The notes under the pieces are model-generated. The model saw only the letters and a program-made list of their open reading frames with translations. It had not been told where the DNA came from and made no database searches. From Candidatus Woesearchaeota archaeon (GTDB lineage: Archaea > Nanobdellota > Nanobdellia > Woesearchaeales > JACPBO01): 52,146 bases of DNA. The DNA lies in NCBI GenBank assembly GCA_016180285.1, contig JACPBO010000009.1, positions 1 through 52,146 on the forward strand. The letters are read 5' to 3'. The translations under genes and the position numbers were made by a program. Each line of letters opens with the position of its first letter. Position 1 is the first letter of the stretch. This document shows positions 18,785 through 26,724 of this stretch, piece by piece.

Positions 18785-18864
18785 CTTATCTTAATTGCTC
18801 CGTAATTCTCGACCTCTCTGAGTATTCGCAGGGACTTAACAGCGATCGCATATGTTAAATGCAA

Positions 18865-19261
18865 TTCAGAAAAATCCCTAATACAATTTTCCGCCAATTG
18901 GAACATCTCGTTCTGGCTCAATTAAAACACACTCTCCATCCTCGCCAGGAACTCCTAAAGTTAAAACTTCAGATGCTGCAGGTCCGATTTGTCTTGGTGA
19001 AAAATTCACTACACACATAACTAATCTATTTTTCAGATTGTCTTTAGAATAATTCTTCACAAGTTGAGCGCAAGATTTCTTTATCCCGATTTCTTCTCCT
19101 AAATCAATCTTTAATTTGTAGGAGGGCTTTCTTGCTTCTGGAAAATCTTCTATCTCTACAATCCTGCCAACCCGTATATCTAACCTCTGAAAATCTTCAA
19201 ATGTTGCCACAATAAATCAGTATCGATAGAACCTATATAAATGTTACGGGCTTTTTCTGAA
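18865..19261. mobile_element. Putative single-gene cassette bounded by 14-bp inverted repeats (13/14 match)
   Basis: TTCAGAAAAATCCC (18865-18878, overlapping the csaA stop) and GGGCTTTTTCTGAA (19248-19261, just upstream of the TATA box). Confidence 0.45.
18878..19210 (-). CDS. csaA: CsaA/Trbp111-family tRNA-binding OB-fold chaperone
   Basis: FEDFQRLDIRVGRIV, PEARKPSYKLKIDLG, VVNFSPRQIG, SEVLTLG, GGKLY. Confidence 0.93.
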   Translation of the reverse strand: MATFEDFQRLDIRVGRIVEIEDFPEARKPSYKLKIDLGEEIGIKKSCAQLVKNYSKDNLKNRLVMCVVNFSPRQIGPAASEVLTLGVPGEDGECVLIEPERDVPIGGKLY

Positions 19262-19330
19262 CTCTAGAATTTCCATTCAGGATGTTGCACTAAATTTCAG
19301 CCCTTTGGCAGGTATAGGCGATAGTGTACA

Positions 19331-19906
19331 TTACTGCCTTTCGTAGCCGCTTAGAAGCCTTATTGTGAACGATGCTATCAGCAGTATGAGTATCAGCCCC
19401 AGGATCTTTGGGTGAAACAGCGTTGCCCAGAATGCTCCCTGGCCAAGAGTGCCGACACTTGTTGCGTTTGCGCCGATTATCATTGATTCGTTTGTTCTTG
19501 GCTCAAGCAAACCTCCGCTTGTGAAATACACCCTGCCGATTGCCCCAAGGATTATTATGACTGCAATAGTTATTATCCACCACAAAACAACCTTGTCCTT
19601 CCCAATTATTGTGCTGAGCAGATTTTCATCTGTAACGCCAAAAAACTTGAAAGCCATTATTACTAGCGCTGCGAAAATAAACATCAGGGTAAACCATGGA
19701 ATAAGTAAGTTTATTACTTGTATGACTCCAGATAACATCAAGGTTATCACAGCAATAGCTAATGCCATTATGGCATGTATGCTTTTATTTTCGCCAAAAA
19801 GTTTCGTATACTCTGCAATAGCATATACAATAACCCATATGAAAATAAAAGAAAAAATGCTGGAAAAATTCTCCAGCAGGTTAAATCCGGATAAAATATC
19901 TGCCAT
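19331..19906 (-). CDS. Multi-pass membrane protein (tandem paralog C)
   Basis: About 5 TM segments. IFSFIFIWVIVYAIAEYTKLFG matches the N-terminal motif of its two neighbours. Confidence 0.8.
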   Translation of the reverse strand: MADILSGFNLLENFSSIFSFIFIWVIVYAIAEYTKLFGENKSIHAIMALAIAVITLMLSGVIQVINLLIPWFTLMFIFAALVIMAFKFFGVTDENLLSTIIGKDKVVLWWIITIAVIIILGAIGRVYFTSGGLLEPRTNESMIIGANATSVGTLGQGAFWATLFHPKILGLILILLIASFTIRLLSGYERQ

Positions 19907-19908
19907 TT

Positions 19909-20496
19909 TTACTTTCTGCTAAACAATTTACCAAATTCCTCTAGGAAGCCGGATCCTTGTGTCTGCTGTCCGCTTCTTGTAATGAACCAGATTATGATGC
20001 CGAATACAATAATAACAACCACCAATGTCTGCGTATTAGGATCTTCCAGCCACCTGAGCCACCAAGGCAATGAAACGCCTTCCCCCCACCAGTTAGCTGC
20101 TTTCCCAAAAATCGCAATTACAATTAGCAATGCAAGTATAACTATCCCGCCTGTGATTTTGCCAGCCCATGTAAACTCAACTCCAAACACACCCATCAGC
20201 ATGAGCACCATCAATATCGCCACTATTACAACGGCAACATTCGGAATTGACTGGTTTATTATCTGCACAGGATCTGCATTTGCAGGATAGTTTCCTGTAA
20301 CGTGCGGAATTACAACAAGCAAGGAAACTATCAATGCTATTATCACGTTGAAATTCTGCTTGTCACTCCCGAGTATCTTCGATTTCTGGAATATTGCAAA
20401 TATTATTGTAAAGATCAGCAGGAAAGGCAACAAAACATCAGTTAAGCCAAGATCTTCAAGCCTTGTTATGACATCTGCTAAAGCACCACTTACCAT
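19909..20496 (-). CDS. Multi-pass membrane protein (tandem paralog B)
   Basis: DVLLPFLLIFTIIFAIFQKSKILG, about 5 TM segments, GGAGG Shine-Dalgarno. Confidence 0.82.
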   Translation of the reverse strand: MVSGALADVITRLEDLGLTDVLLPFLLIFTIIFAIFQKSKILGSDKQNFNVIIALIVSLLVVIPHVTGNYPANADPVQIINQSIPNVAVVIVAILMVLMLMGVFGVEFTWAGKITGGIVILALLIVIAIFGKAANWWGEGVSLPWWLRWLEDPNTQTLVVVIIVFGIIIWFITRSGQQTQGSGFLEEFGKLFSRK

Positions 20497-20507
20497 TTTA
20501 ACCTCCT

Positions 20508-21083
20508 TTAATCTTTCTTTTCCTCTTTTTTCTTTCCGCCGCCACCTCTTGTTATCAGGGCGATGAAGACAATTATCACGATTATGAAAATTATTGCTGA
20601 AACCCAGTCATTCTGCCAGTGATCACTCATCCAATTCCAAAACCATTCAAGCCAGCTATTTCCAGATTCCATCGGTATTGCTGCCAGGAAAATCAGTATT
20701 ATTCCAACCAAAGTTGCGGACATAAAAACCGTTCTCCAGGCGCCTTTAAGAATAACCTCTTCGCCTTCGCTGAAGAATGACCCTATTAAAAGCAGGAAAG
20801 AAAGTATGACTATTAAAAACACAACAACATTGCCTAATGCCTGGTTTATTATTTTTACAAGCTTTGTTGAGGCAACAACAAGGAACGCAACAACAAAAGA
20901 CGCCATTGCATTTAGGTTCTTCTTTGTGTATTTTGTACCGCCAATCTCCTCTGTTCCGAAAATCTTTGTTTTTTCAAGAATTGCAAAGACAACAGTAAAC
21001 ACAAGCAGGAAAGGCAGAACTACATCGTAAATGCCTATTTTGTCGAAAAACTCTATTATTCCGCGAAATGTAGAGGTTGCCAT
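20508..21083 (-). CDS. Multi-pass membrane protein (tandem paralog A)
   Basis: DVVLPFLLVFTVVFAILEKTKIFG, about 5 TM segments. Confidence 0.82.
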   Translation of the reverse strand: MATSTFRGIIEFFDKIGIYDVVLPFLLVFTVVFAILEKTKIFGTEEIGGTKYTKKNLNAMASFVVAFLVVASTKLVKIINQALGNVVVFLIVILSFLLLIGSFFSEGEEVILKGAWRTVFMSATLVGIILIFLAAIPMESGNSWLEWFWNWMSDHWQNDWVSAIIFIIVIIVFIALITRGGGGKKKEEKKD

Positions 21084-21175
21084 ATTTAAGTGTCTTACTA
21101 TTATAGTTCGTATATAAACTTTTCGTTTTTAAAAAGGTTTATAAATAGGGGAGATTTCATGCATTTTGATATAAA

Positions 21176-21730
21176 ATGCTCAACAAAAATGACTTTGAAA
21201 GCATCAGGAAAGAACTGAAAAAATTTGATGAAGAAAGGGAGAAGACGATAAGGCAGTCCCGCGATATAATACAGCTTTCCAAGCAGATAATCTATGCAGT
21301 GCAGAGGGATGACATAAGTTCGGCTGATAAGCTGGTAAAAGAGATAAAGGAAAAAGCAAAGAAACTTCCTTTGAAGTTTTACGACACAGAAATGGATGCT
21401 GTTGCAATGCAGGAGCTTGTTGAAGCCATTGTATTTTACGAGTTTGTTAAAAATAACAAGATGCCTTCACGAAAAGAGCTCGGAGCTGAAACTACGGATT
21501 ATCTTATGGGGCTTTGCGATCTGACTGGCGAATTGGTAAGAAAAGCTGTGAAGGATGTGATAAATAAAAGATACGGCGAAGCTAATAAAATAAAAGAGCT
21601 TGTTGATGAGATTTACGGCGAATTTCTGAAATTTGATCTTAGGAATGGCGATTTGAGGAAGAAAGCAGACCAAATAAAGTGGAACCTTAAAAAGCTTGAA
21701 GAAATGGAATATGATGTTGCAAGAAAATGA
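21176..21730 (+). CDS. Archaeal translin/Trax (C3PO)-family protein
   Basis: REKTIRQSRDIIQLSKQII, QELVEA, YLMGLCDLTGELVR, LRKKAD. Confidence 0.88.
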   Translation: MLNKNDFESIRKELKKFDEEREKTIRQSRDIIQLSKQIIYAVQRDDISSADKLVKEIKEKAKKLPLKFYDTEMDAVAMQELVEAIVFYEFVKNNKMPSRKELGAETTDYLMGLCDLTGELVRKAVKDVINKRYGEANKIKELVDEIYGEFLKFDLRNGDLRKKADQIKWNLKKLEEMEYDVARK

Positions 21731-22677
21731 ATTCTTTGCAAAAAGCAGCTTTAAGGATATTAAAGAAATGCATGGGTTTGGGCAAAAGAGATTCTTGCTT
21801 GATTATCTTTGATGAAAATAAGAAAAGCATTGCAGATGCCTTGTTCAAGGCTGCATCAGGAATTTCTAAGGCGAAACTGCTGCAGATTCCAATTGGAAAG
21901 CAGCATGGAGAAGAGCCGCCTTTGCATGCTGCAAAAGAGATGCTGAAGCACAGTGTAATAATGCTTGCAACAACAAAATCATTATCTCATACAAAATCAA
22001 GAAGGGATGCAACTAAAAAAGGAGCGAGGATTGCTTCAATGCCGGGTATAAATGAAGACATGTTTTTAAGGGCAGCTTCTGTTGATTATTCAAAGGTTTC
22101 TGAAAGAAGCAAAAAATTGATTTCTTTTTTAAAAAACAAAGAAATTGTAAAAATAAAAACAAAATCAGGAACAAACATTGCATTGAATATAAAAAACAGG
22201 CAATTGCACGGTGATGCTGCCGGGCTTTACATTAAAAAAGGAACTTGGGGAAATATTCCTGAAGGAGAAGTCTCCTTGTCTCCGAATGAAGGGTCTGCAA
22301 ACGGAATTTTCATTGTTGATGCCTCGATTTTGGGAAAAGTTGACAAGCCGGTAAGAATAACTGTTAAGAATGGATTTGCTGCAAAGATTGAAGGCGGGAA
22401 AACAGCATTAAAGCTGAAAAAAGAACTGGAAAAGATTAAAAACAAGAATGCTTATAATATCGCTGAACTCGGAATTGGAATGAATGACAAGGCGAAGATC
22501 ATCGGCAATGTTTTAGAAGATGAAAAGGTGCTTGGGACTGCCCATATAGCGCTGGGCAATAATGCCTCATATGGCGGCAAAGTGAATGTTCCGCTGCATT
22601 TAGACGGGATTTTCAAAAAGCCAACAATAAGCGTTGATGGAAAAATCATGATGAAAAATGGCAAATTACTTATATAG
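21727..22677 (+). CDS. M29-family (thermophilic metalloprotease-like) aminopeptidase
   Basis: GNIPEGEV, IAELGIGMN, EDEKVLGTAHIALG, HLDGI. Confidence 0.88.
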   Translation: MNSLQKAALRILKKCMGLGKRDSCLIIFDENKKSIADALFKAASGISKAKLLQIPIGKQHGEEPPLHAAKEMLKHSVIMLATTKSLSHTKSRRDATKKGARIASMPGINEDMFLRAASVDYSKVSERSKKLISFLKNKEIVKIKTKSGTNIALNIKNRQLHGDAAGLYIKKGTWGNIPEGEVSLSPNEGSANGIFIVDASILGKVDKPVRITVKNGFAAKIEGGKTALKLKKELEKIKNKNAYNIAELGIGMNDKAKIIGNVLEDEKVLGTAHIALGNNASYGGKVNVPLHLDGIFKKPTISVDGKIMMKNGKLLI

Positions 22678-23404
22678 AAGGGTGTTTTTATTTATCTGTT
22701 TTATTGCTGTTATATTTTTTGTTGGCTGTACTGAAAGCAATGATAAAACAAATATTCAAGGGGTGAGCAATATGCTGAATTTAGATGGCATAAAGATTGA
22801 ATGGCTGGGGCAGAGCGGATTTAAAATAACTGACGGCGACACAATCTATATTGATCCTTTTAATGCGAATGCAGCTGAAAAAGCAGACATAATTTTGATA
22901 ACGCATGAGCACTACGATCATTGCTCTGTGAAAGATATACAAAAATTGGTAAAGCAGGATACAACAATAGTTACAGTTGCAGACTGCCAGTCAAAATTAT
23001 CCTCTGTTGTTTCCGGAATTAAAGGCGTGAAGATTGTGAGGCCCGGAGCAAAGCTGATGATTGGCAACATTTCAATTGAGGCTGTGCCTGCTTACAACAT
23101 CAATAAACAATTCCATCCTAAAGCAAATGATTGGGTTGGGTTCATTGTAACAATTAAAGGAAAAAGAATTTATCATGCTGGCGATACTGACCTGATTCCT
23201 GAGATGAAAAACATAACAAATATTGACGTTGCATTATTGCCTGTTTCCGGGACTTATGCAATGACAGCGGATGAAGCTGCAAAGGCAGCTGAGATCATCA
23301 AGCCAAAGACCGCAGTGCCAATGCATTACGGAGCAGTTGTCGGATCAGCCAAAGATGCAGAAAGATTTAAGGAATTGTATAAAGGGGATGTGAGAATTTT
23401 ATAA
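22658..23404 (+). CDS. Metallo-beta-lactamase-fold hydrolase (UlaG-like)
   Basis: ITHEHYDHC, YHAGDT, PMHYG. Alternative start at 22772. Confidence 0.9.
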   Translation: MANYLYRRVFLFICFIAVIFFVGCTESNDKTNIQGVSNMLNLDGIKIEWLGQSGFKITDGDTIYIDPFNANAAEKADIILITHEHYDHCSVKDIQKLVKQDTTIVTVADCQSKLSSVVSGIKGVKIVRPGAKLMIGNISIEAVPAYNINKQFHPKANDWVGFIVTIKGKRIYHAGDTDLIPEMKNITNIDVALLPVSGTYAMTADEAAKAAEIIKPKTAVPMHYGAVVGSAKDAERFKELYKGDVRIL

Positions 23405-23408
23405 CTGA

Positions 23409-23573
23409 TCAAACTCTTTGGGGGTTATAGAAATTCAAATCAGGCTGGTTGGGATTATAGAAATTCAATTGCGGCTGATTCGGGTTATAAAAATTTATTT
23501 CTGGCCTGCAAGGGTCGTAAAATTTATGGAATTGCCTGACTGCATGGTCCAAACCAGAATTATTCTTGTCCAT
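23409..23573 (-). CDS. 54-aa peptide with four imperfect 10-aa repeats (not in the ORF track)
   Basis: MDKNNSGLDHAVRQFHK-FYDPCRPEIN-FYNPNQPQLN-FYNPNQPDLN-FYNPQRV. GGTG Shine-Dalgarno upstream. The 30-bp DNA repeats vary largely at third codon positions of this frame. Confidence 0.7.
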   Translation of the reverse strand: MDKNNSGLDHAVRQFHKFYDPCRPEINFYNPNQPQLNFYNPNQPDLNFYNPQRV

Positions 23574-23635
23574 AAAACACCATTTTGCATCGCAACTATT
23601 TAATTTTTATGAATTTCTGCTGTTTTTTGAATATG

Positions 23636-23657
23636 CTTTCAAAAACTCTTTCCTGAA
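23636..23657. repeat. Direct repeat copy 1 (degenerate duplicate of the tgt 3' end)
   Basis: CTTTCAAAAACTCTTTCCTGAA, identical to 24460-24481. Confidence 0.9.
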
Positions 23658-23706
23658 TTTTCAAAATCTTTTCAGGGATTTTTTAATTTACAGCATTTCA
23701 TGCAGA

Positions 23707-24090
23707 TCACACAGCAATGTCAACTGTCAGCTTGTCATAATCGAAAACAGGCATCACCTTGTACCCTACACCGCCTTCAGCATGCACCTTTTTCGCATCT
23801 ATCAGGCCATACTTTTCAAGAATCTTAATATCAACTACTGTGCTCTTGATGTCCCTGTTGGTTAATTTAGCCAATTCATAGATTGATTTCGGATGCTTGT
23901 GCCTTATAACCTGCAGCAGTTCGATTCTCCTTGGAGTAAAAAATTCCCTGAAGGATTCCACGCTGCCAAAACTAAGCCCTTTTCTCATCTTTATGCTCTT
24001 TCCTTTTCTAGCTTCGCTCATAGCTTCAGCCGCTTCCTTCAGAACAGCCTTAAGCGGCTTTACATCGACTGTTATGTTCTTGATTTTCAT
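23707..24090 (-). CDS. HVO_A0114-like HTH protein, putative antitoxin
   Basis: FFTPRRIELLQVI, PKSIYELAKLTNRDIKSTVVDIKILEKYGLI. Overlaps the upstream ORF by 4 bp. Confidence 0.8.
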   Translation of the reverse strand: MKIKNITVDVKPLKAVLKEAAEAMSEARKGKSIKMRKGLSFGSVESFREFFTPRRIELLQVIRHKHPKSIYELAKLTNRDIKSTVVDIKILEKYGLIDAKKVHAEGGVGYKVMPVFDYDKLTVDIAV

Positions 24091-24371
24091 TTTACCTCAC
24101 CTTTTGTTATTCTTTCAATATCCTTTTGGAAATCTTCAACTAATTTCCATTCGTCAACAAACTCGTAAGGCAGCTCCATATTGCCTCTGTGGATGTGGTG
24201 GCCTTTTCTTTCATGATTGTCATATCCCAATACCCTTTTTCCGTCTTTGATCAAAGCAAGCGAATACTGGAACCCCTCTGGATGAAACTCGTCTTTTTCA
24301 ACCTTGTAAATGTCGATTTCAACTATGTAATTCTTATCCCTGTGCTTGTGGCTGAATATGAGTTCTGACAC
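24087..24371 (-). CDS. DUF6516/TumE-like putative toxin
   Basis: HPEGFQYSL, GYDNHERKGHHIH, YEF. Confidence 0.78.
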   Translation of the reverse strand: MSELIFSHKHRDKNYIVEIDIYKVEKDEFHPEGFQYSLALIKDGKRVLGYDNHERKGHHIHRGNMELPYEFVDEWKLVEDFQKDIERITKGEVK

Positions 24372-24439
24372 ACCATATGGTATGATATACCCTTATATAA
24401 ACCTTTTGTTTTTAGAAATTGAAGTTACCTCTCTTTCAT

Positions 24440-25546
24440 TTATCTTTTCTTCAGATACCCTTTCAAAAACTCTTTCCTGAACTTCCAAAACCTGTTTTCC
24501 TTTATTGATGATCTGATCTCCTTCATCAAATTCTGTATGAAATAAACGTTATGGTAGCTTAACAACCTTAATCCAGTTGGCTCCTTCATCCTCAGCAGAT
24601 AATTCAGATAAGCTCTTGTATGATTCTTGCAGACATAGCAGCTGCAGTTTTCATCTAATGATTTGAAGTCTTCTTTATATTCCCTGTTTTCGATCAGGAC
24701 TTTTCCATTTGATGTGAACAATGTTCCGTGCCTTGCATTCCTTGTAGGCATGCAGCTGTCAAATATATCGATGCCATGGCTGACACAGTCAATAAGATCT
24801 TCCGGCGACCCAACACCCATCAGATAGCGGGGCTTTTCCTTTGGCAGGAACCTTTCAGAGTAATCGATCATATTGTACATTAATTTTTTAGGCTCCCCAA
24901 TGCATAATCCGCCTAATGCAATGCCGTCAAAATCAAGCTTTGAAATGAATTCGCAGCTTATCTTTCTAAGATCCTTGAAAGTTCCTCCCTGTGTTATGCC
25001 GAAAAACAATTGCTTTGAATCTTTGTGAGAATTCTTAAATCGTAATGCCCAGTCATGGGTTCTTCTTAATGATTCAATGACATATTCCCTGCTTTTACCG
25101 TAAGCAGGCATATCATCCAATACCATTGCAACATCTGAGCCAAGCTCTTCCTGTATTTTGGCAGCTTTTTCAGGCGTTATAAGATGAGGCGCGCCATCAA
25201 AAGGGCTTTTGAATAAAACTCCTTTGTTTGTCATAGCCGGTGTAAATGACCTGTCTGCTGTCTGGAATCCGCCAGAATCTGTAAAGATCACATCATTGAA
25301 ATTCATGAACTTGTGCAGGCCATTTGCCTTTTTTATTATTTCCAGGCCGGGCCTTAAAAACAAGACAAGAGAATTGCAGATTATTGCTTTTGCTCCCATG
25401 CCTTTTAGCTCGTCAGATGTTATTAATTTCACGCTTGCCTTTGTTGCAACTGGCATGAAAAAAGGAGTTTCAGCTATGCCGTGCCTTGTTTTTAATTTTC
25501 CTATCCTTGCCTTTGTTTTTGGGTCTTCTTTGAGAATTTTATACAT
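24440..25546 (-). CDS. tgt: tRNA-guanine transglycosylase, bacterial (queuosine) type
   Basis: TPFFMPVAT, FTDSGGFQ, QGG, GGLCIGE, RYLMGVG, FDSCMPTRNARHG, CxCxxC Zn site, HN. No C-terminal PUA extension. Confidence 0.92.
   Translation of the reverse strand: MYKILKEDPKTKARIGKLKTRHGIAETPFFMPVATKASVKLITSDELKGMGAKAIICNSLVLFLRPGLEIIKKANGLHKFMNFNDVIFTDSGGFQTADRSFTPAMTNKGVLFKSPFDGAPHLITPEKAAKIQEELGSDVAMVLDDMPAYGKSREYVIESLRRTHDWALRFKNSHKDSKQLFFGITQGGTFKDLRKISCEFISKLDFDGIALGGLCIGEPKKLMYNMIDYSERFLPKEKPRYLMGVGSPEDLIDCVSHGIDIFDSCMPTRNARHGTLFTSNGKVLIENREYKEDFKSLDENCSCYVCKNHTRAYLNYLLRMKEPTGLRLLSYHNVYFIQNLMKEIRSSIKENRFWKFRKEFLKGYLKKR
24460..24481. repeat. Direct repeat copy 2 (inside the tgt 3' end)
   Basis: Identical to 23636-23657. 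Confidence 0.9.
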
Positions 25547-25552
25547 TTTAAT

Positions 25553-26677
25553 TTATTTCTCCCATATCAAAACTTTCATTTCCTCTTTGCCCTGCATTAT
25601 GGTTTTTTCATTAATCAGCCTGAATTTATACTCTTCAGCATATTTTTTCAATAACCAGTCTTTTCTGGATATCAAGATAACTTTTCCTTTGTTCTTTAAG
25701 ATATATTCTGCCTGGTAAAATAACTCCTTGTATATTTTCTCAATTTCTTTTTCATTGTTTCTTGCAATGCTTATTTGAGGAGGATAGCTTATTATCTTGT
25801 CTATTGAGCTTTTTTTCAGCTTTATATCCAGCCAGTCAACATCTATTTTTGTGATGCTGATTGATTTTTCGATTCCGGCAATCTTTGCATTCTTCTGGCA
25901 GGATTTGAGATTTGCAAGGGAAGCAAATCCAAGTATCTTCATTTTGCCTTTTTTTATTTTTTTGTCAATCTTCCTGAAATCGAATTTCAAAAACTTATTG
26001 AATGCAAACTTGTCCTTTGAGAAATGATTGACCGGGAAGTTATTGGCAAACATCGCTGCTTCAATTGGGATCTCTCCGCTAAGGCAGAACGGGTCTAAAA
26101 TTATCTCTTTTTTATTGTATTCAGCGATTCTGACAAGAGCATAAGCAACTGTTCCCTTTAATGAATTAGGTGCTGAGAATATCTTATAATCCCTTTTATC
26201 GAGCTCTCTTCCTGCGAAATCTATTCCGATATAGCAGTCATCGTTATAGATGTAAATGAAAACAATGATATCTGGGTTGTTAAGGTCAACTTTTTGAGTG
26301 TACTTTTTGCCTTTCTTTATCTTTTCAATGATAAACTCGCCGGTTTCTGCTTCAATTTCAGAGCTAGTAAAGCTATGCTCGCCGATTCTTTCAGACCTTA
26401 CGACAAAGGTTCTATTTTTATTTAAAAATTCATCAAAGTTTATCTTTTCAACTTTTTCTTTAATATCTTCAGCATTTTTTATTTTAAAACAATCCATTAA
26501 AAAAAGAATCCTGTTGACGCTTTGGGATGTATAGCACAATTTGGCCAAGTCATCGAAATCTTTAATGGAGAAAATAACGCAGCTTTCCCTTATTTCGGAG
26601 CTTGCTTTAATCAATTCCTTGATTTCCAAAGCGGCAGCATTTTCAATGCCTTTGTTCACAATAGCCAATCCCTGCAT
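25553..26677 (-). CDS. THUMP-domain RNA methyltransferase-like protein (Trm14/RlmL-like) with divergent SAM motifs
   Basis: THUMP motifs KVDLNNPD and GIDFAGRELDKRDY. Methyltransferase region DPFCLSGEIPIEAA and ISYPP. Confidence 0.8.
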   Translation of the reverse strand: MQGLAIVNKGIENAAALEIKELIKASSEIRESCVIFSIKDFDDLAKLCYTSQSVNRILFLMDCFKIKNAEDIKEKVEKINFDEFLNKNRTFVVRSERIGEHSFTSSEIEAETGEFIIEKIKKGKKYTQKVDLNNPDIIVFIYIYNDDCYIGIDFAGRELDKRDYKIFSAPNSLKGTVAYALVRIAEYNKKEIILDPFCLSGEIPIEAAMFANNFPVNHFSKDKFAFNKFLKFDFRKIDKKIKKGKMKILGFASLANLKSCQKNAKIAGIEKSISITKIDVDWLDIKLKKSSIDKIISYPPQISIARNNEKEIEKIYKELFYQAEYILKNKGKVILISRKDWLLKKYAEEYKFRLINEKTIMQGKEEMKVLIWEK

Positions 26678-26724
26678 GAAGAATGGTAAAATGTCCCCAT
26701 ATATAAATCATATAGAAGCTGAAA

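Noticed and set aside
18834..18860. ACTTAAC...GTTAAAT matching integron attC core consensus
   Set aside because: Only 27 bp, much shorter than attC sites, single copy, and no integron integrase in the window.
23418..23603. Plus-strand 61-aa repeat ORF, or a CRISPR-like array
   Set aside because: Repeat variation is mostly synonymous in the minus-strand frame, which has ATG and a Shine-Dalgarno. The repeats are contiguous with no spacers.
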